A DNA stretch of 21,165 nucleotides from positions 1-21,165 of the forward strand of contig JBJCIZ010000060.1 in assembly GCA_051294375.1 (NCBI GenBank). Direction: 5' to 3'. Of the stretch, positions 10,117-20,830 are shown in pieces (the stretch's first letter is position 1; each line of letters begins with the position of its first letter). This DNA comes from Paraspadella gotoi (lineage: Eukaryota; Animalia; Chaetognatha). The notes beneath the pieces are model-generated. The model was not told where the DNA came from, did not search any database, and worked only from the letters and a program-made list of their open reading frames with translations. Both the position numbers and the translations under genes were made by a program.

Positions 10117-13052
10117 ATGGAGTATAATGAGCATGAACGACATCGGGTTACCTTCAAAGAAGCATTTGAAAAAAAGAAGGAGTTTGAAAGTTACCAAGAG
10201 GTTGCCGCATGGGTTATTGAACAGTTTCAACATGAATTGAGCGAAGCGGATAAAGAAAATCGATATTGTGAACTCATTAATCGAGTTAAGTGCCGCGTTG
10301 CTAACTATTTTCGAAAAAAACAAAGAAGCAGAACCCGACTCCCTTCAAAATTTCTTGATGAACCAGTACTCACCAAAAGCATGGAGACTTTACTGGACCC
10401 GCCTTGCAACTCCCAAAGTGAAAATTTCCAGCCCCAAGATTTCCAGCCCCAAGATTTCCAGACCCAAGATTTCCAGACCCAAGATTTCCAGACCCAAGAT
10501 TTCCAGACCCAAGATTTCCAGACCCAAGATTTGCCGTTCCAAGATTTGCAGTCCCAAGATTTGCCATCCCAAGATTTGCCGTCCCAAAATTTGCTGTCCC
10601 AAGATTGCCAGCCTCCAGAGTCTCAGCCTCCAGATAGCCAGCCTCAAGATAGCCAGCCTCAAGATATCCCATCTCGACAAAGTCAGTCCCAAGATAGCCA
10701 GCCACCCGAAAGTCAGCCAACCAATTCCCAGCTTGATAGCCAGCCTTCACTTTCTCCTTCAATGAATTCTGGAAATGAAATTTTAGCAAACTATGTCGTA
10801 CGAAAACGTGGTCGTCCTAAAGTTCAGAAACTTGATGATGTTTCTTTAAAGTATCAGACTGAGAAGCTTCAACCAGTCGTCGAAGCCCTTAAAGTTGCCT
10901 CTGAAAAGCTTGGAAAAACAGTAACGCAGTTATGCGGTCGTGTGATTCAAAAAGAATGTTTTATTTCTAATCGGTTCTTAGGGAGAACAGGAAAAATGAT
11001 TTACGAAGGGAATTTTCAAAAAGAGAGTGAAAATTGTTTAATGAGTGTAGAAGAAGCAGAATTCATGAAAAATGTTGAACTTGAACTCTCCCAGCGTCAA
11101 TGGAGAAAACTACGTTTACGATTGTTGCAGTATGGCGTTCGCCTTCCTCCCGTTTACAAGATGTCATTGCATGAAAAAAATTTATATTACAAAAAAATTG
11201 AATTTTTAGGTGGAGTGAGAGGAACCCTTCCCGAGATATTTCAGACAACCCTAACGCGTACATGCCTCTTGCCCGATTTCATTCATAAAATCAGCTCACT
11301 GGATTCATCAGCTTTCCCTTTGAAGGTTCGTTGGCTCACTGGTTTTGATGGCAGTGGAGAACAACAAAAAGCAATGCAAGCATCAAGAAATGAACTTGCT
11401 CAGGAATACAGAGAATTAGTTGTTGTCAGCCTGCGCGACATTACAACTCAACTTGGAGATGAGGTTTACTTCAACCCTCTCATTGCATCCCCTCATGGAA
11501 TAAGACCCTATATGATTTTGCCCCAGAAAGAGAACAGACAATTGTTGTCGCAATTTTTGCCAATTATTGATCGAGAGAAAGAAGAGGTTGAGGAAGCAGG
11601 AAATGTAATTAAGCTTGACAATGATAATGAAATTCATTTTGAGAACGAAGTTCAACTTCTCCTTGCAGATGGCAAAGCCGTTAAAGAAGCAGCTGGAACA
11701 GGTGGAGTATATTGCAATTATTGCAAAGTATCAGAAAAAGACGCACAATCTCGCGAATCAATAATTGCCGGTTTACCACTAAATAGATCAATGGAAGAAA
11801 TTCATGAAGCCTTTCGACGGTGTTTTGATGAACAAACAGGTGAAGTGCTCAAGGAACGTAATGATTATGAAACAAGACAAGGTATTACACAGAAACCACT
11901 GACTGTGCAAGCTATCAACCAATCGCCGCGCCCATTGCATCAAAGATTAAGAGTGTATTCTTGGTTTCAAAGGTTTTTGTATAGAGTGACAGCGAAAGTT
12001 AAAGTTTGGAGAACCTCTGGTGAAAAACAGAAGGAAAAAGTTGAGAAATCTCGACAAAACTGGATTCGTGCTTTACGTCAACAAACTGGAATTGTCATGG
12101 ATATGCCATCCTCCCGAGGTATTTAAAATATTATTGAAATTTACTAGTGTATAAAATTGGCCAGGCTTGTTAAAAAAAGGTGGAGGGAAATATTGTATGA
12201 GTTAATTTAAATTTAATTTTGTCATTAATATATTAGTACGAGAAAGAATAGCTTAAATCAAATTTTTAGAGGGCTAAATCTGATTTTTATTTTCATAATT
12301 ATGCATTTTTAGAGAAAGACTAAATAAATTTATTTGTATTATTCTGTGTTTTGATTGTAGGCGGAACAACGGACACGGGCAATGCTGCCTGGCGTTTTTT
12401 TTCGGAAGAAGTTTTACCCGTTTTCAGAGAAATGCTACCTGCGGAAAACTTGGACAAAGTCATTTGGATTCATCGCAACCTTGCTATAATATTACGTGTT
12501 TTATCGTCGAAAAGGAAAGTGGACGTCGAAAAGTTAAAAGATCTCTGTACTGAAACCGCTTGCATGATTGTCGACAACTTCGCTTGGGCGACTCTCAGTG
12601 AAAGCATTCACGCAGTCCTCGTTCATTCATATCAGCTTATTGACCTAAATGGCGGATTTGGACTCGGTCAAATGACGGAACAAGGTGATTTTTTTTCATT
12701 TTCATTTGTTAATTTAAATCTCCAACTCTCACGATTGCACTCTTTCTCACTCTCTTTTTGTTTTTATGCATTGGCAGGTCCCGAAAGTTTGAACAAATTC
12801 GTTCGTCGTTTCTCAGAAAGATACGCTCGTCACGTTTCGCTTGAGTCCAACATCGAGGATGTCTATCACCGCCTTCAATTGTTTTCTGATCCAGTCATCC
12901 TTTCATACCAGCGAAAAGAATATTGCAGCAAATGTGAGCTTTACGGACAGCATTGGACCATCGCGTGTCCTTTGAAGAAAGACTTATCTCGAGAAGTAGG
13001 AACTGGTGAATATAATTTGACTCATGAAGTTGAAATGTTTCTTTTAAAATAA
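10117..13052 (+). CDS. RAG1-like / Transib-superfamily DDE transposase; exons 10117-12118, 12361-12684, 12778-13052 (2601 nt, 866 aa)
   Basis: RKRGRPK NBD/AT-hook-like motif (10801). DDBD-like MSVEEAEF..LSQRQWRKLR. GFDGSG (D at 11347, ~RAG1 D600); SPHGIRP..QKE; LADGK (D at 11668, ~D708); YCNYC plus HAVLVH (ZnB); TRQGITQKP; PLH. GGTTDTGNAAWRFF and GLGQMTEQGPESLNKFVRR (E at 12783, ~E962) are both formed across phase-compatible GT-AG introns. No stops or frameshifts. Confidence 0.93.
10421..10745 (+). repeat. In-frame 15-bp coding tandem repeat (QDFQT / QDLPS / QPPDS pentapeptides)
   Basis: Near-perfect CCAAGATTTCCAGAC units at 10434-10530 degrade into CCAAGATTTGCCGTC and CAGCCTCAAGATAGC variants. 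Confidence 0.9.
12119..12360 (+). other. Intron 1 of the transposase (242 nt, phase 1)
   Basis: G|GTATTT donor and TTTTGATTGTAG| acceptor. Splicing joins PSSR-G-GTTDTGN in frame. Confidence 0.88.
12685..12777 (+). other. Intron 2 of the transposase (93 nt, phase 1, in-frame and stop-free)
   Basis: G|GTGATT donor, pyrimidine-rich body, TTGGCAG| acceptor. Removal restores EQG-PES, matching the spacing of RAG1 SEGNES. Confidence 0.85.
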
Positions 13053-13123
13053 TAGTTAAAAAATTCATGAATCTGACACTTTGATACTGCGGTGAATGCA
13101 AATGACATATAAGCTATGATGAT

Positions 13124-13129
13124 AATAAA
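13124..13129 (+). terminator. Candidate polyadenylation signal of the transposase
   Basis: AATAAA ~70 nt after the stop codon; the motif is common in AT-rich DNA. Confidence 0.4.
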
Positions 13130-13474
13130 TATTGTAATAATAATGTCATCATGAATGTGAATTGACACCAGTAGTTATCTCGTAATTTAAAATAGTGGTG
13201 ACTTGTGATCTTCAATGATAAAGAGACTTATCGTATGACGAAACGATGATTTATGATGACCATTTAAATATTAATGGTTGATTAATAAGCCAACGCAAAA
13301 ATAGATAGATTGATCTGATTGGAATCTGTTTTGCTTAGCTTGTTGAATTAAATTTTTGTTTTATAACCGCTATTATAACAGCTTTAAAGAAAATATCAGA
13401 AGCAATATTTAAATTGATCCAAATCTTTTTTCCGTGTTGCAAACCAAAAAAGGTTTAAAATTGTTTTAAAAAAT

Positions 13475-14473
13475 TTACGAGATTTGTTCACTCGTCCTGA
13501 TCGTTCTCGTCTGTTTGTTTCCAGTTCTCCTTAAAAACGACGTCTTCGCCCTCTGAGTATCATCCGCAATAATATCATTATTATTATATCCATAAATTTA
13601 ATAAAATAAATTAACGAAAAAAAAAAGTCCATTTATTTTCAATGGCAATTTGACTTTTTTTCTTTTCTTGCCGAAAGATTTTCGAGTTGGCTGAATTAAA
13701 ATTTTCTGTGGTGTGCAATGGGCTAACCTGCCTCGCAGTTTTCAATTCCATGTCATGAATCTTTTTAACCCTGGTTCTCATTGTGACGGGCGAGCTACTG
13801 GAGGCACTAAGCTCCGAGTTTCGTTGCGGCGGGCATGGTTGATCTGATTCAAGTCCTTGGATTGCAAGTCACTTCTTGTTTTCCATCGATCTCTTAGCTT
13901 TTGTGTTTCGATTTTGACGTGGGATCACGGCGTTGATCGTAATGGTAGTGGTGCAGGCTGCAGGGCCTGGGCACGCGGTTGGCGTGAGTTTGCCTCATAC
14001 TCATTGCTAAGATATTGGATGAGCTTTCCTCCATCTGAAAGCATGAGAAAGAAGCATTTATACGTACACTTGTTTCCCGTGACAAGATGATATGACTAAA
14101 AATCCATGGCCGAGTTGGTTGTGACTCTGACGAGCAATTTAGGCGAGAGAGAGCGCAAGCCGTGGCTTCTGCTAAGTCAGGAGGGTGATTCGCGTTTTCT
14201 ATTACAGAAGACGTATGTATTTTGCCATTGCTGCCGCTCCGATGCGATTATGATTTCTGCGATAGTATGTAGGCGCTGGGCAAAAATTATTTTTTCTCAT
14301 TATGTGACGTTTTGATTCGGCCTTAAGCAGACGTCGAATGGGATGGCGAAGGGGGTTCTATCTCTTCCCAAAGGCGGAAGGTGGTTTGACTAAATACCAC
14401 CACAAATTAGAAGACGCCGCCGATTCTCTCTTTGACCGATTATGACAATTGAATAACCGATTTGTGCGAAATA
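13475..14473 (-). pseudogene. Decayed Kelch-like beta-propeller gene, candidate RAG2-like, convergent with the RAG1-like gene
   Basis: Manual minus-strand translation gives, in order: YFAQIGYSIVIIGQRENRRRLLICGGI* (14473-14390); HPPDLAEATACALSRLNCSSESQPTRPWIF (14187-14098); a phase-compatible 62-nt GT-AG intron (14096-14035, weak donor); NGGKLIQYLSNEY; VPRPCSLH/TTITINAVI (13974-13923, one frameshift). A further intron at 13727-13553 and a last exon at 13552-13475 are possible. Several stops and frameshifts; no PHD finger seen. Confidence 0.5.
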
Positions 14474-14709
14474 CTGGAGTCTGACTTAAAGTGGGGTTAG
14501 CGAAGTCTTTCATCGTAAATTTTAAGAACATTTTTTTATTGACAATTTTGAATGAAAGCAAAAAAATGTATTAAGTAAGTAGACAGGGATTTCTATATGA
14601 AATCAAAGGAGTTTAATTATCAGAAAATAGACATGAAGACGGTGTCAATATTTGGACAGAATGAATCAAGGCAGAAACAGAGGCTATTTATAATGGGCAA
14701 GGAGACGAA

Positions 14710-14885
14710 GCCAGATTCCTCTTCCGGAATCCTCCTCTTCCTCTTCTGGAACCTTCTTTTCCTCTTCCGGAAACTATTGTTCCTTTACTGGATTTGACTT
14801 CCTAAATCCCGTTCGAAATCATTCCAGAATCTTCTTCCTCTTCCGGAATCCTCTTCCTTAATCCTTTCCTCTGTTTCCGGATTTC
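14710..14885 (-). repeat. Degenerate ~21-bp purine-rich repeat (TTCCGGAAGAGGAAGAGGAGGA on the minus strand)
   Basis: CTCTTCCGGA and variants recur at about 14720, 14731, 14762, 14838, 14851 and 14875. Confidence 0.55.
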
Positions 14886-16256
14886 ATTCATCTGTGATGT
14901 TTGCAAAAATATTAAAAAAAGTATTGTGAACTATATAATGTTTGTTGTGAGAATATAAATGAATGAACTGATAATGACTGATTATTTTGCTGATTATATA
15001 AAACGTTACCTTTACCATATCCTTATATATTGCTGTTCGTGTCTTTTAAATTGGTATTTTTAAATTTTATTTCATTGCTGATTTTATTAACAATTGATTA
15101 TTAACATGAGTAGAATTGAATACCGAGTTGAATACCACATCTTCTATTTTAATTCATTTCAATTGCGATTAGTTTTATTCCGCTGACGGAAATTCCGTTG
15201 AAATTGTATTTAACGCTTATGACATAACATAATGGCAACCATGAAAATTAATCCTAAGCATGTGAAATTAAATTATCAGCATTTAAGTAAATTTATAGAT
15301 TCGATTATTTAGTACGATCGGAATAATCACGAGTTATGATAATTTTAAAAGTCACAACATGATGAATGTGAGAGACTTTTTGTGCTCCGGGGTCGAATCC
15401 GTAGGCAAAGTTAAAAACTAAAAACTGAAAGCTAAATGTCAATCATTTGATAAATTCTCAGTATATACATATAGATAAGTGAAAAGGATTCATTCAATAT
15501 CAGAATCAATGATTTAAGTATATTATGTTGGAATGAACAATGAAATAAATAAATTTTTCAATCAACAAAATTGAAAAAGTGAGTAAACAAATTATGATTA
15601 AAAACAATATGATAATATGATAACATTTTAATTGTTAACAACAACGATGAAGGCTAACAATTAGTCGGAAAATGTAAAAACATTAAATCGTTATTGTTAA
15701 CCATTAAAAAGTTATTATTTCGTCTCTAAATCAAACAACAAATGAAAAAAAATAATACAATAACTAAAAACTAAAAAAAAATCCGAAATAATTTTTTATA
15801 ATTCAAAAAAAATTTGACTATGGATGCTCAAACCCTCATTCATCCTGAAGTATTGGCCTATTAATAGTTATAAAAATGAAACTATAGTACATAGGAAAAA
15901 TGGGTTTATAATATAATAATAGTTTAAGAAGAAGGGGATAAAATTGTAATCAAATTATATCCATTTAAAGCATTTTTGTTTTTGTATAAACATTGTCATT
16001 GTTAAAAAAAATTTCATCTTTTATTAAATATTAATTATATTTATTGTTATTTATCATTTGACTATATAAGATCATATTTTATATTAATTTCTCTTTAAAT
16101 ATATGTTCATACTGAATTTCAGTAAAGCAAAACAAAAAATAGTGATTAATTTCTAAAATGTTTTCCTATAAAAAACAGAAAAAAACTATTAAAAATCACA
16201 ACATGCAGCTACTAAAAACCAATAAAATTATTAATCATTCTGAAATTATTAATAAA

Positions 16257-16266
16257 NNNNNNNNNN
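16257..16266. other. Assembly gap (10 N)
   Basis: Run of n characters. Confidence 0.99.
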
Positions 16267-18537
16267 CTTTTGGGTCTACTTATATGAATGTATAACACCA
16301 AAAAAAAAATTATTTGTTAAAAAAAATTATTGTCATTGAATTTATTTTAACTATTTATATTAACAAGCCATCTTTTCCTAACAGTTATGCTGGACAAATA
16401 TATGCAAAATATAATTCAGCGAGAATCATATAATAAAATATAATGTAAAATAAAAAAAATTTGATTAGATATTTCATTTCTCTGATTTCTTAAACCATAA
16501 GCCATAAAAGAGTAAGATAATGGGTACAACTGAAAGTGATGATGTCTCTAGATGATGAAAAATTTTTTTTTTTAATTTTATTTTAAAATTTAGATATTAT
16601 ACCAATAAGATAAATTGAGATACTCTTGTTTCACTAAAATTTTTATTTAACAAAAATTTATACTGCGTAGTTCAAATCCTTAATTCTCCGATAGTAAAAA
16701 AAATTTTTTTTTGTTTAACTTTTAAAAAAAAAAGATAGGAAGGTGGGTATGGTTTCAAATTATAGCCTTAATTATGGGACACCTTTCTGAAATAGTTTTT
16801 ATAAATTTTATTAAAAAATGTTTAGACAGGATTTGTTTAAAATTTAAAAATGATTATAAGTAGGGTAAAATCTAAATTAAGTATGATCTGACACTGCGTC
16901 GTATGAAGATAGAGATGAATTAGTATGGTAAAAGTATAAAAAATAAGAAACTTTAAAAAAAATAAATAAAAAATAAAATAAAAAATTGAGAGAAAAAGAT
17001 AAAAAAATTAAAGCAGGATAAAGAGTAAGAGAGAAAGAGTCATTATAATTATTGTGGTTATAGTTATAATTATTATTATTGTTATAACATTTTTTATAAT
17101 AAAAAAATTAATAATTAATTTTTTTTTTAGCATAATTTTATTTAAATTTGAGCTTTAGCTCAACCTCTTTTTTAGCCATATAAAAAATTTTAGGTCAATT
17201 TATTAATTTATTTAAAGTTAAACAAACAAATACATATATCAAAAAAAGGAAGAATTATATTTTTTAAAATTTTTTTTATAATTCCGTATTCTAATATAAA
17301 CCAAATAATTTATTAATAAGAAGGGTAGATAGATAAAGGTATAAAATAGTTTATAAAGTTAGATTATTATAAGAAAATTTTTTAAATATAAATTTTTATA
17401 CATTATCTTATATTTAGTCATATCCTAACTACCAAATATTATTTTATAGTAATTTTTTTCATATAAAAAAACTATATTTTATATAACCCATTTAAAGATA
17501 ATAATTTCAATCTCCAATTTTTTTTTGTCTGCATACACTACGCCACGTTAATTTTCATTGTGTCCTAATTCTCTAACTGAGAAGAAAGGTTCCAGGAGAA
17601 AAGAAGAAGAAAAGCAAGCTTCACCTAAAGTGCTTTGAGTAAGAGCGTGAAAGAGAGAGTGAGTCAGGTCAATCTAAGGTCACGTGAATGAGACGGTGAA
17701 TTACGAGATGAATGGTCGAGTGAATTTCGGTGACATCTGGAATGAATTTCCTTTACGAGTGAAACTTCTTCAAGGAATGTTAATTGATAAGTTTGATTAC
17801 AATTTGTCGCATGATAAGTTCATTTTTTGAAATGAAACATGATGAAACTGTAAACTTTCAAACATATAGATTTTTTTAAACAAAAAAAAATGTTTTCTAA
17901 ATAATTATAAAAAGAGATACTTTTCTCTTTTAAAGTCAATAATAAAGGTGAAAGTTATACATTAAAATAAAAAATTTATTTTATATCACTTTCTTCTTTT
18001 AATGAATACATGGATGCCAATTATGTTTTCACTGTTTTTATAACTAAGTTTAGTTGATGATTCTGATGAAGGAAGTTTCGTCTAATTGCTCCAATGCAAT
18101 CATTGGGCTAATATTTATCCTCAACCTACTTTTTACCTGAAATTTTTTCCCACTTAAAATTGATTCGTAATGTTGTTAATTGAGTTATTTGTTTCATTTT
18201 CAAAATAAAAAATATTTCGGTGTAATTTGAGTATTTCAGTAAATTTACTTATGATAGATTTATTAAGTGTTAATGAGTATTTTAACAAGGTACATTGTCC
18301 AAAGATCTATTTGAGTCATGGAATAGAATAGCAGCAGATTCACAAAACAGAATGCTTCTGTCATTACCAAAGGTTAAATTTAATCGAAATTTGTGGCCAC
18401 CAGTATTAATTTTGACTATAAACGGGATTGCTGGTAAGTAAAATGAAGATATTTATTGCCAGACAGTTCAAAATACAGTTCTAACTACATGTGGGTTAAA
18501 CGTCCCGTCACGCTTACTAGTAGGATCAATATGGGAG

Positions 18538-19320
18538 ATATGGCGAGAGAATAAAAGATTGTTGGGTAACTTAACTATTCGACGTCCGCAACCAACTTTA
18601 GGTACTAGCGGTCGGTGCTTTGTTAATCCATTTAATTTTGTTTTCCCTCTAGCGTTGAGTCTTAGTTTGCACAGTATATACAATTTTTAAAAAAAATAAT
18701 AATAGTTAATTTATTTTAATTGATATTTTTGTTTGAGGTAGAAAATGAATTGTTTGTTGATGTACAACGAGTTTTATTAATTTATTTTTCCGAAATGATA
18801 TTTTTATACGTCGCTCATAAGAAGCTAAAAGCAAATAACTGACCGCAAAATCCCGGTCGGCGAATGTAAAAATAAGCCAGTATGACAACAGCCGGGTTGC
18901 CTCTGATGCCCATTGGGATGGGGCATCTCACTGTTGGCTTTGGGGGCTTCCGACCATCAGTGACGCATCCAGTCACTGGCGCGGTTACCCTAGGACGATC
19001 TCGCTTTGCCAATGCAGAGGGAAGTCGCGAGGACTGTGGATGGAACACGCCTAGGGATGGTGTGTTCCCCCTCTGAGCCAATGGATTTGGCTGAAGGATG
19101 GTGGACGTGAGGCGGCGTGAATATACCGCCACACCAAATTGTTTATTGTTGGAGTCGGGATATGGCGCCGATGGAAGGTTTGTCTAATTGGGATTGCATT
19201 TTCACGGTTTTAGTTCACTTTTAGATTTGGTTATCTTAATTCCTTTTCGAAGTTTTTATTTTAAGGTTGCGATATTATTTTCGTTTTGTCGGGATTAACA
19301 TATGGCGAGAGAATAAAAGA
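18538..19320. repeat. Pair of perfect 21-bp direct repeats, 762 bp apart
   Basis: ATATGGCGAGAGAATAAAAGA at 18538-18558 and 19300-19320. Confidence 0.85.
18889..19135 (+). other. GC-rich, hairpin-dense segment (candidate structured RNA or retroelement UTR)
   Basis: Stems at 18905-18911/18921-18927, 18958-18964/18972-18978, 19015-19021/19069-19075, 19042-19051/19059-19068 (one G-U), 19076-19081/19087-19092 and 19111-19115/19126-19130. Confidence 0.45.
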
Positions 19321-20009
19321 ATCGTTTTTAGTTCCATACATTTTTTCGCTAGAGAGAGAAAAAGCAGAGTGAATACGAAATCAATAATTATAACTGAATC
19401 AACGGTAAAAATTGATACGGTTTCAGATGACGTCATACGAGGTCACATGAGGTAAGTAAAATTCAGAAGAGGTCGCTGACCCAAAAATAGCATCGCTACA
19501 AAGATACATTTCCTTAATTAGAAAAACTATTTAAATTTATTTTATGTTATAACCTACGGTCAGCATGGAAACTCGTGGATTCTGTCTCTTAAATTTGGTT
19601 GCTTGGCGGACAGTCGGCATTAAAAAACAAGAGTCAATATTTGAAAAAATAAAATAATAATTTATGCAGCTTTGATAAAAAAAAATATACTTAAGTTATA
19701 GCTCGATTAATATTAATTACGATAAGAAATGAAAAAGTTTAAAATTACAAACTTGAACTGACCGAGAGGAAAGTGGATCGACGTGCCTCACCGCGGGTTA
19801 GGATTTTTTGTCAGTTGGCGTGTTTGACAGATACGTCAGCTTGCTCGCGGTGATTTAAACTGCACGTCATACTTTTACATGGCCAGTTCTGACAAGGGCT
19901 AACACCAGGGACAAGCAGGTTCGGAGATGAAGCAGTAGCCCAATACGCCATTACGGCGCTGATGAAAGTACGTGTCCAACGGATATTAATATTAAGTCGC
20001 AACAAACTT

Positions 20010-20830
20010 ATTTCTTTTTTCGCTAATTTCCAATGATTGAAGGGTTCATTGGTAGTGTTTGTTTCTCCGTTAAAACTTAAAACCGCCAAAATCCGCTTTA
20101 ACCCGATATAACTGTAACCTTAGGCTCACTGTTGAACCTAAATAAATTTTCTTCTCAACAGAAACCTGCGTAAACGAATTCATCAAAGTCAAAGTTGAAA
20201 AAAATTGAAAACCGTAGTTCTTTCTTTGTTATTTTTACGGTTTGAGAAGTACAATGGAGGAGCTTGTTTCTCCCTTAAAACTCAAAATCGCTAAAATCCG
20301 CCTTAACATGATATTACTGGATCCTTATGCTACCTATACAACCTGACAATAATACTTAGTTAGGATAAACCTGGGTAAACGAATACAAGAAAGTCAGCAA
20401 AGAAAAATATGAAAACCTAGTTCTTTCTTTGTTATTTTCGATGATTGACTTATCAACTGGTGAGGTATATTTCTTTCTTAAAACTCAAAACCGCTAAAAT
20501 CCGCTACAGACCGTAATAGCCAAAACCTAATACTAACTAATAAAACTATTGTCAATTTTTAAATATGATAAACCTGAGTAAACGAGTAACTGCAAGAAAA
20601 AATTTCATTTTAGAAAACGTAGTTAATTTCTTATGTAATTTAAATCCATTTCATAATTTAGTACCTTATTGGAAAAATCTATTTCTCTCTTAATTTTAAG
20701 AATCGCTATTTATCGCATTAACTGAGGATCAAGGAAACCTTGCTTGACCTATTGAAACCCATAGATATTGTCAGATATGATAAACCTGGGTAAACGAGTG
20801 ACCAATAGTAAAAAAGTTGTTTTTGCAAAT
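20010..20830. repeat. Diverged tandem repeat, ~205-bp unit, ~4 copies
   Basis: A TTTCTCYSTTAAAACTYAAAAYCGCYAAAATCCGC-like block at about 20061, 20266, 20469 and 20681, with AAACCTGNGTAAACGA at about 20162, 20368, 20570 and 20782. Confidence 0.8.

Noticed and set aside
9640-10127. Overlapping Ala/Arg/Pro-rich ORFs
   Set aside because: By-products of the GC-rich minisatellite.
10268-10789. Alternative-frame and antisense ORFs (ISRPK, GNLGS, LEILG repeats)
   Set aside because: Shadows of the 15-bp coding repeat within the transposase.
13758-13785. Inverted CACAATG-12 nt-AAAAAGATT as a right TIR
   Set aside because: No similarity to the left array beyond the heptamer and A-tract, no TSD, and it lies inside the RAG2-like remnant.
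15400-17520. AT-rich stretch around the N gap
   Set aside because: No ORFs or repeats discernible; appears poorly polished.
8967-17562. CACAAATAAAATTAA (8967) and inverted CACAATGAAAATTAA (17548-17562) as a TIR pair
   Set aside because: 13/15 match in very AT-rich DNA, flanks GATCA vs TCCTA give no 5-bp TSD, and the pair spans an assembly gap.
18063-18085. CTGATGA hammerhead-like core
   Set aside because: No downstream GAAA core or closing stems.
19018-19032. GGGAAGTCGCG resembling the RNase P/MRP CR-I motif
   Set aside because: No complementary P4 strand or CR-V motif downstream.
18468-20089. Short ORFs of 60-105 aa
   Set aside because: No recognisable motifs, mostly non-ATG starts, no coherent exon structure.
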